Shown: positions 39,365 to 48,807 of the stretch, piece by piece
Layout of the letters: each line of letters begins with the position of its first letter
Numbering within the stretch: the stretch's first letter is position 1
Source: an uncultured Candidatus Binatia bacterium
GTDB lineage: Bacteria; Desulfobacterota; Binatia; UBA9968; CAXXLF01
Assembly (NCBI GenBank): GCA_965218425.1
Contig: OZ244621.1
Span: 3,680,001-3,744,000, forward strand
Direction of reading: 5' to 3'
DNA: 64,000 bases
Made by a program: the position numbers and the translations under genes
The notes under the pieces: generated by a model
Seen by the model: the letters and a program-made list of their open reading frames with translations, nothing else
Databases searched by the model: none
Told to the model about the DNA's origin: nothing

Positions 39365-40852
39365 ATGGCTGCATTAGAGGCGAGAAAAATTGCTGAAAAG
39401 GAGATCGAAGCAGGGAAAACTCCGACTTATAGCGATCTCCGGGATTGGCTCGACATCGTAGATAGCCTAGGTCAGCTCAAGACGATTGAAGGGGCTGACT
39501 GGAATCTCGAGATGGGAACCCTTGCGGAATTGATTGCCCGGGAGAGTCCGGGTGAGGTTCCTGCGGTCCTTTTTGACAAGATCAAAGACTACCCGGCGGG
39601 GTTCCGCGTCCTCTTTGCGCAAAACGCTTCCTTTAAAAGGATGGCTCTGAACCTTGGGTTGCCCCTCGATCTAACCGGGCTGGATTTGGTCCGGGCCTTC
39701 CGTCAAAAGCTTGCCGGCCATAAACCCATTGCGCATGAAGTGGTTACCAAGGGTCCCGTGTTGGAAAACGTCCTTTCGGGAAAGGATATTAACCTGCTCA
39801 AGTTCCCCGTTCCCTTCATGCACGAGCTGGACGGGGGACGTTACATGGGCACAGGATGTTTGGTCATTACAAAGGACCCTGAAGAGGGCTGGGTGAACTT
39901 CGGTACCTATCGAGGAATGGTCCAGGACGAGGGCCATATGAGTCTCTACATCTCTCCTGGCAAGCATGGGCGTATCCACAGGCAGAAATGGTTTGATGCC
40001 GGAAAGCCCTGCCCCGTGGCTGTCTCCGTAGGTCAGGATCCGGTTTTGTTCATGGTTTCCGGCAACGAAGTGGATTACGGCATTTCTGAGTACGACTATG
40101 CAGGCGGCCTGAAAGGGGGGCCTGTCCAGGTCATTCAAGCAAAGGCAACCGGGCTTCCCATACCTGCCGATGCCGAGATTGTCATTGAAGGGTTCATGCA
40201 TCCAGGGGATGTGAAAACCGAAGGCCCCTTTGGTGAATGGACGGGATACTACGCCAGTTCATCCCGGCCAGAGCCTGTGATCCGGGTTGAGAATATCTAT
40301 CATCGTAACAACCCCATACTTTGCTGTGCGCGACCGGGAAGACCCCCGTCCGATTATTCATTGGCAAAGTGTTTTGTCAAAGCCGCTCTTATCTGGGATC
40401 AGGTGGAGAGGGCAGGGGTGCCCGATGTCAAAGGGGTCTGGTGTCACGAGGCGGGCGGTGGAAGGCTGTTGAATATTATCTCGATTAAGCAGCGTTACCC
40501 GGGGCACGCTCGACAGGCGGCCTTAGTGGCTTCCCAGGTCCATGCCGGGGCTTATCTGGGGCGCTACGTGATCGTGGTGGATGACGACATAGACCCAACC
40601 AGTACCTTCGATGTCCTTTGGGCCCTTTCCACTCGATCGGATCCAGCGGAATCCATTGATATTATTAGACGGTGTTGGAGTGGTCCGCTGGACCCGCGTA
40701 TCCAACCGGGCAAAAAGGGGTTTAACTCCCGGGCCATCATCGATGCCTGCCGTCCCTTTGAGTGGATGAAAGACTTTCCACCGGTGGCGGAATCGACGCC
40801 GGAGCTTAGAAAGAAGATTTTCGATAAGTGGAAGACAGTTATCCAGGGGTAG
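39365..40852 (+). CDS. UbiD-family (de)carboxylase
   Basis: DLRDWL, DGGRYMGT, NFGTYR, EGPFGEWTGYY, WALSTRSDP. Confidence 0.92.
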   Translation: MAALEARKIAEKEIEAGKTPTYSDLRDWLDIVDSLGQLKTIEGADWNLEMGTLAELIARESPGEVPAVLFDKIKDYPAGFRVLFAQNASFKRMALNLGLPLDLTGLDLVRAFRQKLAGHKPIAHEVVTKGPVLENVLSGKDINLLKFPVPFMHELDGGRYMGTGCLVITKDPEEGWVNFGTYRGMVQDEGHMSLYISPGKHGRIHRQKWFDAGKPCPVAVSVGQDPVLFMVSGNEVDYGISEYDYAGGLKGGPVQVIQAKATGLPIPADAEIVIEGFMHPGDVKTEGPFGEWTGYYASSSRPEPVIRVENIYHRNNPILCCARPGRPPSDYSLAKCFVKAALIWDQVERAGVPDVKGVWCHEAGGGRLLNIISIKQRYPGHARQAALVASQVHAGAYLGRYVIVVDDDIDPTSTFDVLWALSTRSDPAESIDIIRRCWSGPLDPRIQPGKKGFNSRAIIDACRPFEWMKDFPPVAESTPELRKKIFDKWKTVIQG

Positions 40853-40914
40853 CCCACTGGTCAAAGATAGCTGAGGTTCCCTTGAATTTGGGTTTAAGAA
40901 TCGGATAGAGGAAG

Positions 40915-41028
40915 ACTCGCGCAAAGCCGTCCTTCGGTTGACTCAGGATGGTGGGCGCAGTGAAACCGCAAGGAGCGCCAAGTTCGGAGCAATAGAAAGA
41001 ATTTATTCTTGGCGTCTTGGCGCGAAGA
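40915..41028. repeat. REP-like palindromic repeat with a second repeat nested inside
   Basis: ctcgcgcaaag...gcgccaag / cttggcgtcttggcgcga arms with inner ccttcggttgactcaggatggtgggcgcagtgaaacc; between convergent genes. Confidence 0.5.
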
Positions 41029-41122
41029 TCTTTGTTCGAGTCGTTCTGCCGGACAATTCATCAGGAAGAATTTAGTCATACGCGGGAAGGCTCGAAGCTT
41101 GCCCGCTGTTTTTTTAATTATT

Positions 41123-42016
41123 TCATTTTCCTATCTGTTTGAAGGTTCCGAGACGAGCCTTGAGGTTTGAAAAAATTGTCCGCGTGGCAAGGGATCTATT
41201 CAACGTGTAGAAATGAATCCCCGGTGCCCCCCCGCGTAAAAGCATCTCACACTGGTTGGTGGCGTGCTGGATTCCTACCTGGGTCACAGCCTCGTTGTCT
41301 CCTTCCACGGCTTCTAACTTGGAAAGAAGGTTGGGTGGAAGTTTGGCTCCACACATCTGGGTGAACCGCTTGATTTGAGTCACATTTGTAATGGGCATGA
41401 TGCCGGGAACGATGGGCACATGAATGCCAGACATGTCTGCCCGCCGAACCAAGTCGAAGTAATCTTTACTATCGAAAAAAAGTTGGGTGACGACGAATCG
41501 GCCTCCAGCCTCTACTTTCCTTTTGAGATTGGCTAGGTCCTCCTCCTTGCTAATGGCCTCTGGATGAACTTCCGGATAACCGGCCACTCCCAAACAAAAA
41601 TTCTTTTTTGACCGGATAAATTTCACTAGCTCGCTGGCAAACCGAAATCCGTCTGGATGGGGAACAAAGTCGCTCTCTCCCTTGGGTGGGTCTCCCCGCA
41701 GGGCCATGATATTTTCGATCCCAGCCGCTTCGAGCTCGTCCAGGAGTTCGAGTATTTCTCCACGGCTATGACCTACACAAGTGAGGTGAGCCATGGCCTC
41801 GATGCCGCTCCTCCGCTTGATGCGCTCTGTAATTTCGATGGTCTTTCGACGCGTGCTTCCCCCGGCCCCATAGGTCACCGACACAAAGGACGGGGTGAGT
41901 TGCTTCAAGGTCTCGATGGTCTGGAAGAGGGCATCGGCTCCCGCGTCATCCTTGGGCGGGAAAAATTCAAATGAGAATACAGGCTGTTCTTTTCCGAATA
42001 AGCTTTGGATTTTCAT
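41123..42016 (-). CDS. metF: 5,10-methylenetetrahydrofolate reductase
   Basis: SFEFFPPK, SVTYGAGG, AHLTC, ALRGD, GYPE, TQLFFD, HFYTLN. Confidence 0.97.
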   Translation of the reverse strand: MKIQSLFGKEQPVFSFEFFPPKDDAGADALFQTIETLKQLTPSFVSVTYGAGGSTRRKTIEITERIKRRSGIEAMAHLTCVGHSRGEILELLDELEAAGIENIMALRGDPPKGESDFVPHPDGFRFASELVKFIRSKKNFCLGVAGYPEVHPEAISKEEDLANLKRKVEAGGRFVVTQLFFDSKDYFDLVRRADMSGIHVPIVPGIMPITNVTQIKRFTQMCGAKLPPNLLSKLEAVEGDNEAVTQVGIQHATNQCEMLLRGGAPGIHFYTLNRSLATRTIFSNLKARLGTFKQIGK

Positions 42017-42061
42017 AGATTAATTAGGAAGAGCCGCTGAGGATAGCCGTCAATGGGGTTT

Positions 42062-43520
42062 CCTGTCAACCTGCCGTATTGCGCCATGTATAATCTAACC
42101 CTAAGACCATTCGTTGCGCCATTTGTAATTCTAACCCTCCAAGGGCTCATTTTAGGGCTCAAGGAGGGCAACCATGGAAGGATTCATCATGGCACGACGA
42201 TCCAAGCGGGAGTATTTACGATCCATCTATGACCGCTACCAGCACGCACCACGGGCGGAGAAGGGGATGATCCTGGAGCAATTCTGCAAGGTTTGCGGCT
42301 ACAACCGTAAATATGCCATCTGGCTGTTAAACCGCCCTGTGCCCGAAGTAGCCGTACGCAAACGAAGTGTATCTCGCTCGCCTGCATACAGTCAGGCGAT
42401 GGTAAGGATTTTGGCAAAGGTGTGGGAGGCCTCGGGGTATCTGTGCTCCCAACGTCTGAAGGCCGCCCTGGTGCACTGGCTGCCCTGGATAAGGCAACAC
42501 TTCGAGCTGAGCCAACCGTTAGAGATCCAGCTATTGGCTATCAGTGCCCGTCAGATGGATCGGCGCCTGAGGGCAACCAAGCACAGGGCGAAACGGCGAG
42601 TCTATGGCACCACCCGGCCCGGATCACTGCTAAAGCAGATGATTCCCATCAAGACCGATCATTGGGACGTGAACACTCCGGGCTATCTGGAGATTGACCT
42701 GGTGTTACACTCAGGGGCCTCAGCGGTTGGGGAGTTTATTCATAGCCTGGACTGCGTGGACATTACCACCTGCTGGGTACAGCGCAAGGCTGTCATGGGT
42801 AAGGGCAGCCTCGGTATCTTGAATGCGGTCACCGAGATCGAACACCAACTTCCTTTCCCCCTCAAGGGGATCGACTCCGACAACGGCAGCGAGTTCATCA
42901 ACAACCAACTTCTTACCTTGTGTCAACAACGCCCATCTGGCCGCGTCATCCAGTTCACCCGCTCACGCCCCTACAAAAAGGACGACAACGCCCACATCGA
43001 GCAGAAAAACTGGACCCATGTCAGAAAGCTTATAGGCTGGGACCGCTACGACACGGCAAAGGCCTTAGAGGTTACCAACCGACTCTATGATGAGCTTAGG
43101 ATCTTCCACAATCTGTTCCAGCCCTCGATGAAGCTACAATGTAAAATCCGTAAAGGCTCTCGACTGATTCGCCGCTATGACATGCCCCGTAGCCCCCTTG
43201 AGCGAGTGGTGGAGTCCCGAAAGGGAGATCCCAAAAAGCTGGCAGCCCTCAGTCACACGCTTAAGACAACCGATCCCTTTGAACTCTGTGGCCGAATCGA
43301 TGAGCAACTTCAGGGGCTCTACAAGCTGGCCAGCCATTCAGACAGAGCACCGCGGGAAAGGCCGCCTCTGAAACACACGCCGTGGAGGGAGTGGACGTTT
43401 AGCAAGAAACTGCAGGGCCAGCAACAGGAGATGAAACGACAGATGTCACAGAAGTTCGGTTAGATTTTGTCATGACGCAACGAACCCGGCTAGGGTTAGA
43501 TTATTTGATGGCTTGACAGG
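42062..43520 (+). mobile_element. ISNCY-like insertion sequence with repeated subterminal motifs
   Basis: cctgtcaa at both ends; two ttgcg(c/t)cat...(t/a)atctaacc-like units at the left and related units at the right; intact DDE transposase inside. Confidence 0.8.
42174..43463 (+). CDS. DDE (rve/integrase-core) transposase
   Basis: GYNRKYAI HTH, EIDLVLHSG, DSDNGSEFIN, FTRSRPYKKDDNAHIEQKN. Confidence 0.9.
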   Translation: MEGFIMARRSKREYLRSIYDRYQHAPRAEKGMILEQFCKVCGYNRKYAIWLLNRPVPEVAVRKRSVSRSPAYSQAMVRILAKVWEASGYLCSQRLKAALVHWLPWIRQHFELSQPLEIQLLAISARQMDRRLRATKHRAKRRVYGTTRPGSLLKQMIPIKTDHWDVNTPGYLEIDLVLHSGASAVGEFIHSLDCVDITTCWVQRKAVMGKGSLGILNAVTEIEHQLPFPLKGIDSDNGSEFINNQLLTLCQQRPSGRVIQFTRSRPYKKDDNAHIEQKNWTHVRKLIGWDRYDTAKALEVTNRLYDELRIFHNLFQPSMKLQCKIRKGSRLIRRYDMPRSPLERVVESRKGDPKKLAALSHTLKTTDPFELCGRIDEQLQGLYKLASHSDRAPRERPPLKHTPWREWTFSKKLQGQQQEMKRQMSQKFG

Positions 43521-43610
43521 CCTGCAGGTGAGCAAACCGCTCCGGGTCTCCAATGGAATTAACATCATCGACCTAAGAAGGTGTATCAATTGTTTGTGAC
43601 AGAGAGCTCG

Positions 43611-43759
43611 AGGGCCTGCATCAAAGAAAGGGAGACGTCTGATACCGGAGGTTCAGGCTGCTTTGTCATGCCGGACTACACGACGGGGCCTCGAGGTGGC
43701 GGCCCATCGGTTCCCGCTGAAAGGGCGCTGAAGCGAAGGGATGGCAACTCCTGTATAAG
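43611..43759 (+). repeat. Dispersed structured non-coding element, copy C (module 2 only)
   Basis: aaagggaga.gtc.gataccggaggttca...cctcgagg...cccatc.g.tcccgctga shared with about 5277-5370; tail matches about 5430-5457. Confidence 0.7.
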
Positions 43760-43900
43760 TAGCCACATACTCGTGCGAGAATCTCGAAGTAGACTCCTGC
43801 CGGGAGTAAATGGGGTGAGCGAGGGAGTGAAAACTATCGCATTGTTAATTGCCATGGGCTTTGGTAAGCTGATCGGAAATTTTCCTCGGCGGGTCGTATT

Positions 43901-46102
43901 ATGAAGCGCGATTTCAAAGTTGTCGGACAGAGCGTTGCGCGGGTCGATGCCATCGACAAGGTCACCGGATCAGCGAAGTTTGTGGGCGATATCGTCGTTC
44001 CCGGGATGCTTTGCGGGCAAATTTTGCGCAGTCCTTATCCCCATGCGCGGATTGTCGGCATCGATGCTTCGAAGGCGGAGGCCCTTCATGGCGTTGTGGG
44101 AGTGCTGACCGCAAAGGATGTGGCAGATGTAGACCCCTACTACAATGGACGCGCCCTCATTGCCATTGAAAAAGCCCACTACGTCGGGGAACCTGTGGCA
44201 GCAGTGGCGGCGGAGGATGAACAAACCGCACTGGAGGCGCTCCCGTTGATCAAGGTCGACTATGAGGAATTGCCCTCTTCGGCTGGTCTGGAAGAGGCCC
44301 TGCGCAAGGGGGCCCCGTTGGTCCATGAGGACCAGAAGGACAACATTTGCGGACATGAACATGTGGAAAAAGGGGATGTGGAACAAGGTTTCGCGGAGTC
44401 GGACGAGATCTTCGAGGATCACTTCACTTTCCCCATGGTGTATCATTACTCCATGGAGCCCCATTCCGTCATCGCGAACTTCAACGACGAGGGAATTACC
44501 ATTTGGTCCTCCGCCCAACATCCATTCCAGGTGCAGGAGGACCTCTCACGCATCTTCAAGCTTGCGATGACCAAGGTTCGCCTTGTGATTCCATACTTGG
44601 GCGGCGGCTTTGGCAGCAAATCCTACACAAAGTTCGAACCTCTGGTGGTTGCCTTGGCTCGAAAAATCAGGCGGCCGGTAAAAATCTGCCTCTCGGTTTC
44701 GGAAGCCATGAATACCGTTCGGAGGCATGGAGCGAGGGTAAGATTGAAGACGGGGGTAAAGCGAGATGGGACCCTGGTAGCCCGGGAGGCTGAAATTTAT
44801 CTCGACACCGGCGCCTATGCAGACAACGGCCCCCAGGTGGCGGTTCGCGCGGCCACCAGGGTGCTCGGTCCCTACCGGTATTCCCATATTCATAGCGATG
44901 CCTATGCTGTCTATACCAACCGTGGTGGGGCGGGTTCCTTTCGTTCCATCGGCGCACCCCAAACAATATTTTGCTGCGAATCTCAAATGGACAGTATTGC
45001 CGCCCGCTTGGGCATGAATCCGGCAGAGCTCAGACTCAAGAATTTACTCCGCAAGGGAGAAGTGCTTCGCCCAAAAGTCAAGGGCATGGATGCAAACCTT
45101 GCCACCGCGTTCAAGCGCCTGGTGAGTGTGAGCCACTGGAAGCGGCGGAGCAGGAAGAAGAATGCCCCGGTGGGGCTCGCCTGCGGCGCTACCAATGCGG
45201 GTGGACAGCCCATATCGGTATCGCTGGTCCGTTTACAAGGAGACTTGAGCGTATTGGTCATGGCAGGCAGCACCGAGATGGGGCAGGGGGTGAGGACCGT
45301 GCTTTCACAGATTGTGGCGGAGGAACTCGGTGTGCCTCTGGAAACCATCCATGTGACCGGAGCGGACACGACCATCACACCCTACGATCGTTCCACAGGC
45401 TCCAGTCGCTCTACGACCCTAATGGGGCTGGCGGTTCAGGCGGCGGCGGGGGATTTGAAAAAGCAACTCCTCGCAATTGGTGCACAGGCCTTTGGCGTTC
45501 AGCCCAGACAGGTTCGGATAGTGGATGGGGCAATGGTTTGTGGAGAGTCGAGACTGTCCTACGGAGAAGCCCTCAAACGTCGCTTTGGTGCGAAGGACGC
45601 CGGTGAGCTCGTGGGCAGAGGGTACGTGGGTCCTGAGGTGGCGCCCACCTTGCCGGTGCTCTGGGAAGTTGGCATGGGGGCCGCAGAGCTTGATGTGGAT
45701 CGAGACACGGGACAAGTTTCCATTCAGAGCTATATTTCAGTGGCGGATGTGGGTAAGGCCATTAACCCTACGCAGTGTGTTGGGCAGGAAGAAGGAGCAG
45801 CCATGATGGGTATCGGCCATACCCTCTTCGAACAAATGGTCTATGAGGGAGGACAACTGGTGAATTCCAACCTAGTGGATTACCGGGTCCCTACATTCGC
45901 GGATTTACCCAGGGAGTTTCACTCGGAACTCGTGGAAAACGGCGACGGTCCCGGTCCCTATGGCAGCCGGGGAATGGGGGAAGGGGGCATCTTTTCAGTT
46001 GCCCCTGCCGTGACCAATGCACTGGCGCGGGCTACGGGTGTTCGGATTTATGATCTTCCACTCACTCCAGAGCGAGTCTGGCGAGCCCTCAAAGAAAAAT
46101 AA
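43901..46102 (+). CDS. Stand-alone xanthine dehydrogenase-family molybdopterin large subunit
   Basis: KVTG, HYSMEP, SAQHP, GGGFGSK, SFRSIG, EMGQG, RGMGEGG. Confidence 0.9.
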   Translation: MKRDFKVVGQSVARVDAIDKVTGSAKFVGDIVVPGMLCGQILRSPYPHARIVGIDASKAEALHGVVGVLTAKDVADVDPYYNGRALIAIEKAHYVGEPVAAVAAEDEQTALEALPLIKVDYEELPSSAGLEEALRKGAPLVHEDQKDNICGHEHVEKGDVEQGFAESDEIFEDHFTFPMVYHYSMEPHSVIANFNDEGITIWSSAQHPFQVQEDLSRIFKLAMTKVRLVIPYLGGGFGSKSYTKFEPLVVALARKIRRPVKICLSVSEAMNTVRRHGARVRLKTGVKRDGTLVAREAEIYLDTGAYADNGPQVAVRAATRVLGPYRYSHIHSDAYAVYTNRGGAGSFRSIGAPQTIFCCESQMDSIAARLGMNPAELRLKNLLRKGEVLRPKVKGMDANLATAFKRLVSVSHWKRRSRKKNAPVGLACGATNAGGQPISVSLVRLQGDLSVLVMAGSTEMGQGVRTVLSQIVAEELGVPLETIHVTGADTTITPYDRSTGSSRSTTLMGLAVQAAAGDLKKQLLAIGAQAFGVQPRQVRIVDGAMVCGESRLSYGEALKRRFGAKDAGELVGRGYVGPEVAPTLPVLWEVGMGAAELDVDRDTGQVSIQSYISVADVGKAINPTQCVGQEEGAAMMGIGHTLFEQMVYEGGQLVNSNLVDYRVPTFADLPREFHSELVENGDGPGPYGSRGMGEGGIFSVAPAVTNALARATGVRIYDLPLTPERVWRALKEK

Positions 46103-46174
46103 CAAAAAGCGTTACAACTCGTAAAATTACCAGTTTTTCGCTTAAAATGTGCCGAATCTTCTATGGGCTTGCAG

Positions 46175-46345
46175 ACGAGCAGCAGCACAGAGCAGAGCGC
46201 AAAGCGTACAGCGTCGGGACCCAGTAATTAGTGTTAAGTTTTGTAGAAGCTTTCAGCTTTCTGGCGCTTGCTGTCTTCTGCCTACTTTTAATTAGTTTGT
46301 AGTCCTGTTGTCTCCGAACGCTTTGCGCTTATGCTCCACGCGCTT
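46175..46345. repeat. Degenerate heptamer repeats in inverted arrangement (gcagagc/gctttgc family)
   Basis: gcacagagcagagcgcaaagcgtacagcg ... cgctttgcgcttatgctccacgcgc. Confidence 0.55.
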
Positions 46346-46515
46346 TGGTCTCTATGTCTCAGCGGTTAGGTTCGTAAAGGGATTGCTGTTTTCGCCCGAC
46401 ACTACCGCGCAAAAAATGACTCTGATCCCTTTTCGTGTTAAGCTGTCAGTTCGCGTTTGGTCTCGGTGTACAAGATTTCGGAATTGGGTAGTTCGAAGGA
46501 CTCGGGAGGCAAGCA

Positions 46516-47085
46516 GTGGGTGTTCTCATAACGGGGCTAGCTCTGTTCTTTGTCCCTCACTCAGTTTCTATAGTCAACCCTTCCTGGCGGAACCAAATGG
46601 CGGCGAGAATCGGCGAGGAGCGCTGGAAGGGAATTTACTCTTTGGTCGCCATCGTAGGATTCCTGCTCATCATCTGGGGTTACGGCTTGGCACGGCAGGA
46701 TCCGGTAGTGCTTTATGTTCCGCCGATCTGGCTCCGCCACGTCTCACTTGTTTTGCTGGTCTTGGTCTTCCCGCTGTTACTCGCCACGTACTTGCCGGGA
46801 CGCATCAAATCGGCGACCAAGCACCCGATGCTAGCGGCCACGAAGATATGGGCATTTGCGCACCTCCTGGCGAACGGTACCCTGGCCGATGCGGTGTTTT
46901 TTGGTTCGTTTCTCGTTTGGGCGGTCGCAGACCGGATTTCAATGAAGCATCGCGAGCAACGCCCCGTTGCGGGGGCGCCGTCCAAGATGAACGACGCCAT
47001 TGCCGTTGTCATGGGTCTCGCTCTCTACGTGGTATTCCTCCTTTGGATTCATGACTGGCTGTTCGGTGTATCTCCTTTCGGCTGA
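46516..47085 (+). CDS. NnrU-family membrane protein
   Basis: PHS, KGIYSL, KHPML, KIWAFAHLLANG, HDWLFGVSP; RBS ggagg. Confidence 0.85.
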   Translation: MGVLITGLALFFVPHSVSIVNPSWRNQMAARIGEERWKGIYSLVAIVGFLLIIWGYGLARQDPVVLYVPPIWLRHVSLVLLVLVFPLLLATYLPGRIKSATKHPMLAATKIWAFAHLLANGTLADAVFFGSFLVWAVADRISMKHREQRPVAGAPSKMNDAIAVVMGLALYVVFLLWIHDWLFGVSPFG

Positions 47086-47422
47086 ATACGGCCTTTCTAT
47101 GGGTAGCTCATGCCCGGCAGCAAAATTTTAATCGAGTCGTAAACAGTTCTAGGACGGCGGGGAGATGGGCTTCATGAAAAGAACACTTGTATTCTTCTGG
47201 CTAATACTAACCTTTGCGGAAGGTGCCACATTTTCCACGAATTTCCGGCAGATTTCCCCCGCGGCCTTCCCGCATCCGGAGAGAAAGGGGGCCATTCTAT
47301 GAGGAAGTACTAGCGGGGTAGTTGAGGAAGTCCCCTGGAGCGCGGTTCGACCGATTCGATAGGCTCACGGCCCTGATGCCCTCGAAGGGCATTGATCACC
47401 ACCTGGATCCATCCGTTCGTTG

Positions 47423-48121
47423 CTAGTGATCGATGAGCGAAAGGACTTCTTTCAAGTTCTGAATGCGTATAAAGTCCCCTTGCTGTCGAGCCTTGGGATC
47501 CAGCAGCACTCCTTTGATGCCTGCGCCTTCTGCCCCGGCGACGTCCGCCTCAGGAGTGTCTCCGACAAAAAGCACTTCGGCCGGGCTGACTTTATGACGG
47601 TTCAGGGCCGCTTGGAAAATTCCCGGGTCGGGCTTGGCGTGTCCAGCCTGGCTTGAGATCAAAACAGAGTCAAACTGTGATGCTATCCCGAGACCGTTAA
47701 GGATACCGAAAAGGCGGGAATCAAAATTTGAGATGCAGGAGAGAATGAGTCCCCGCTGGCGCAAATTGACCAGGGTTTCCCTGGTGTCGTCAAACAAGCA
47801 CCAGGCTTCGGACCGACTGAAATATTCAAAGAGGTCGGAGAAATAGTCATCAAATTTTTCAAAGGGCCCAAAGGGGGAAAATACATTGCGAACCAGCTCT
47901 TTCCACCAGTTGCGCTCCAACTCCTTGAGCCCTTCACCCTCGACTCCTGCGAAGGCCAGCGGTGGAGCGGAGGAATGACAGGCTTGAAAGCGCCGAGCCA
48001 GTTCTTTCTCGGAGACTTCCATCCCGTAGTTCTTCGCGAAAAGGGCGTAGCTTTGCCCAATGGGTCGTACGGAAGTAAAGAGGGTGCCCGCCGCGTCAAA
48101 AAAGACAGCCTTTAAGGACAT
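47423..48121 (-). CDS. HAD-IA hydrolase (REG-2/HDHD3-like)
   Basis: FFDAAGTL, ISNFDSRL, AKPDPGIF, VGD...D. Confidence 0.88.
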   Translation of the reverse strand: MSLKAVFFDAAGTLFTSVRPIGQSYALFAKNYGMEVSEKELARRFQACHSSAPPLAFAGVEGEGLKELERNWWKELVRNVFSPFGPFEKFDDYFSDLFEYFSRSEAWCLFDDTRETLVNLRQRGLILSCISNFDSRLFGILNGLGIASQFDSVLISSQAGHAKPDPGIFQAALNRHKVSPAEVLFVGDTPEADVAGAEGAGIKGVLLDPKARQQGDFIRIQNLKEVLSLIDH

Positions 48122-48186
48122 GATGGGAGGCTTTTTGACATAGCGGCCATGCAATTGCAACCATTTCAGGTTACGCTATAATCTTA

Positions 48187-48777
48187 GTGATGCAGGCCCA
48201 CGACGCTTTAATCCTGGTTGATGTCCAGAAAGACTTTTGTGCGGGCGGTAATCTGGCCGTTCCTGAGGGGGACCAGATCGTCCCGGTATTGAATCAGTAT
48301 ATAGAGGAGTTCAAAGCCGCTCATTTGCCGGTGTTCGCAACCCGGGACTGGCACCCGGCGCAGACCATTCATTTCAACACCGGCGGTGGCGTCTGGCCGC
48401 CCCATTGTATTCAGGGCACCCCAGGGGCCGAATTCCATTCGAACCTTGCCCTGTTTAAAGATGTGGTCATTATCTCCTCAGGAACCCGTCCCGATGAGCA
48501 GGGGTTCTCAGGGTTTGAAGGCAAGGATCCGCAAGGCAACCCCCTTTTGGATCTGTTGCAACAACATGGTGTTGAAAGACTCTTCGTGGGAGGTCTGGCC
48601 ACTGATTATTGTGTGCGGTCCACGGTCCTGGATGCACTGAGGCTCGGTTTTCGGATTGTCCTAATCAAGAATGCCATAAGGGGCGTGGATCTAAAATCGG
48701 GAGACTCCCAGCGTGCCATCGAAGAGATGATTCGGGAGGGAGCGGAGATAAAAACGAGCCCGCCGGATTCCGATTAA
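48187..48777 (+). CDS. pncA: Nicotinamidase/pyrazinamidase
   Basis: VDVQKDFC, TRDWHP, WPPHC, GLATDYCV. Confidence 0.9.
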   Translation: MMQAHDALILVDVQKDFCAGGNLAVPEGDQIVPVLNQYIEEFKAAHLPVFATRDWHPAQTIHFNTGGGVWPPHCIQGTPGAEFHSNLALFKDVVIISSGTRPDEQGFSGFEGKDPQGNPLLDLLQQHGVERLFVGGLATDYCVRSTVLDALRLGFRIVLIKNAIRGVDLKSGDSQRAIEEMIREGAEIKTSPPDSD

Positions 48778-48807
48778 CGAGTGCTAAAGCAGATGGAGGA
48801 ATACATT

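Noticed and set aside
46308..47054. 248-aa ORF overlapping the NnrU-like gene, and long antisense ORFs such as 58695-59519, 52464-53147, 35659-36339 and 28435-29100
   Set aside because: Shadow frames of well-supported genes with no motifs
47174..47304. Short ORF with a signal-peptide-like start (MKRTLVFFWLILTFA)
   Set aside because: About 42 codons with no recognisable domain; probably a remnant
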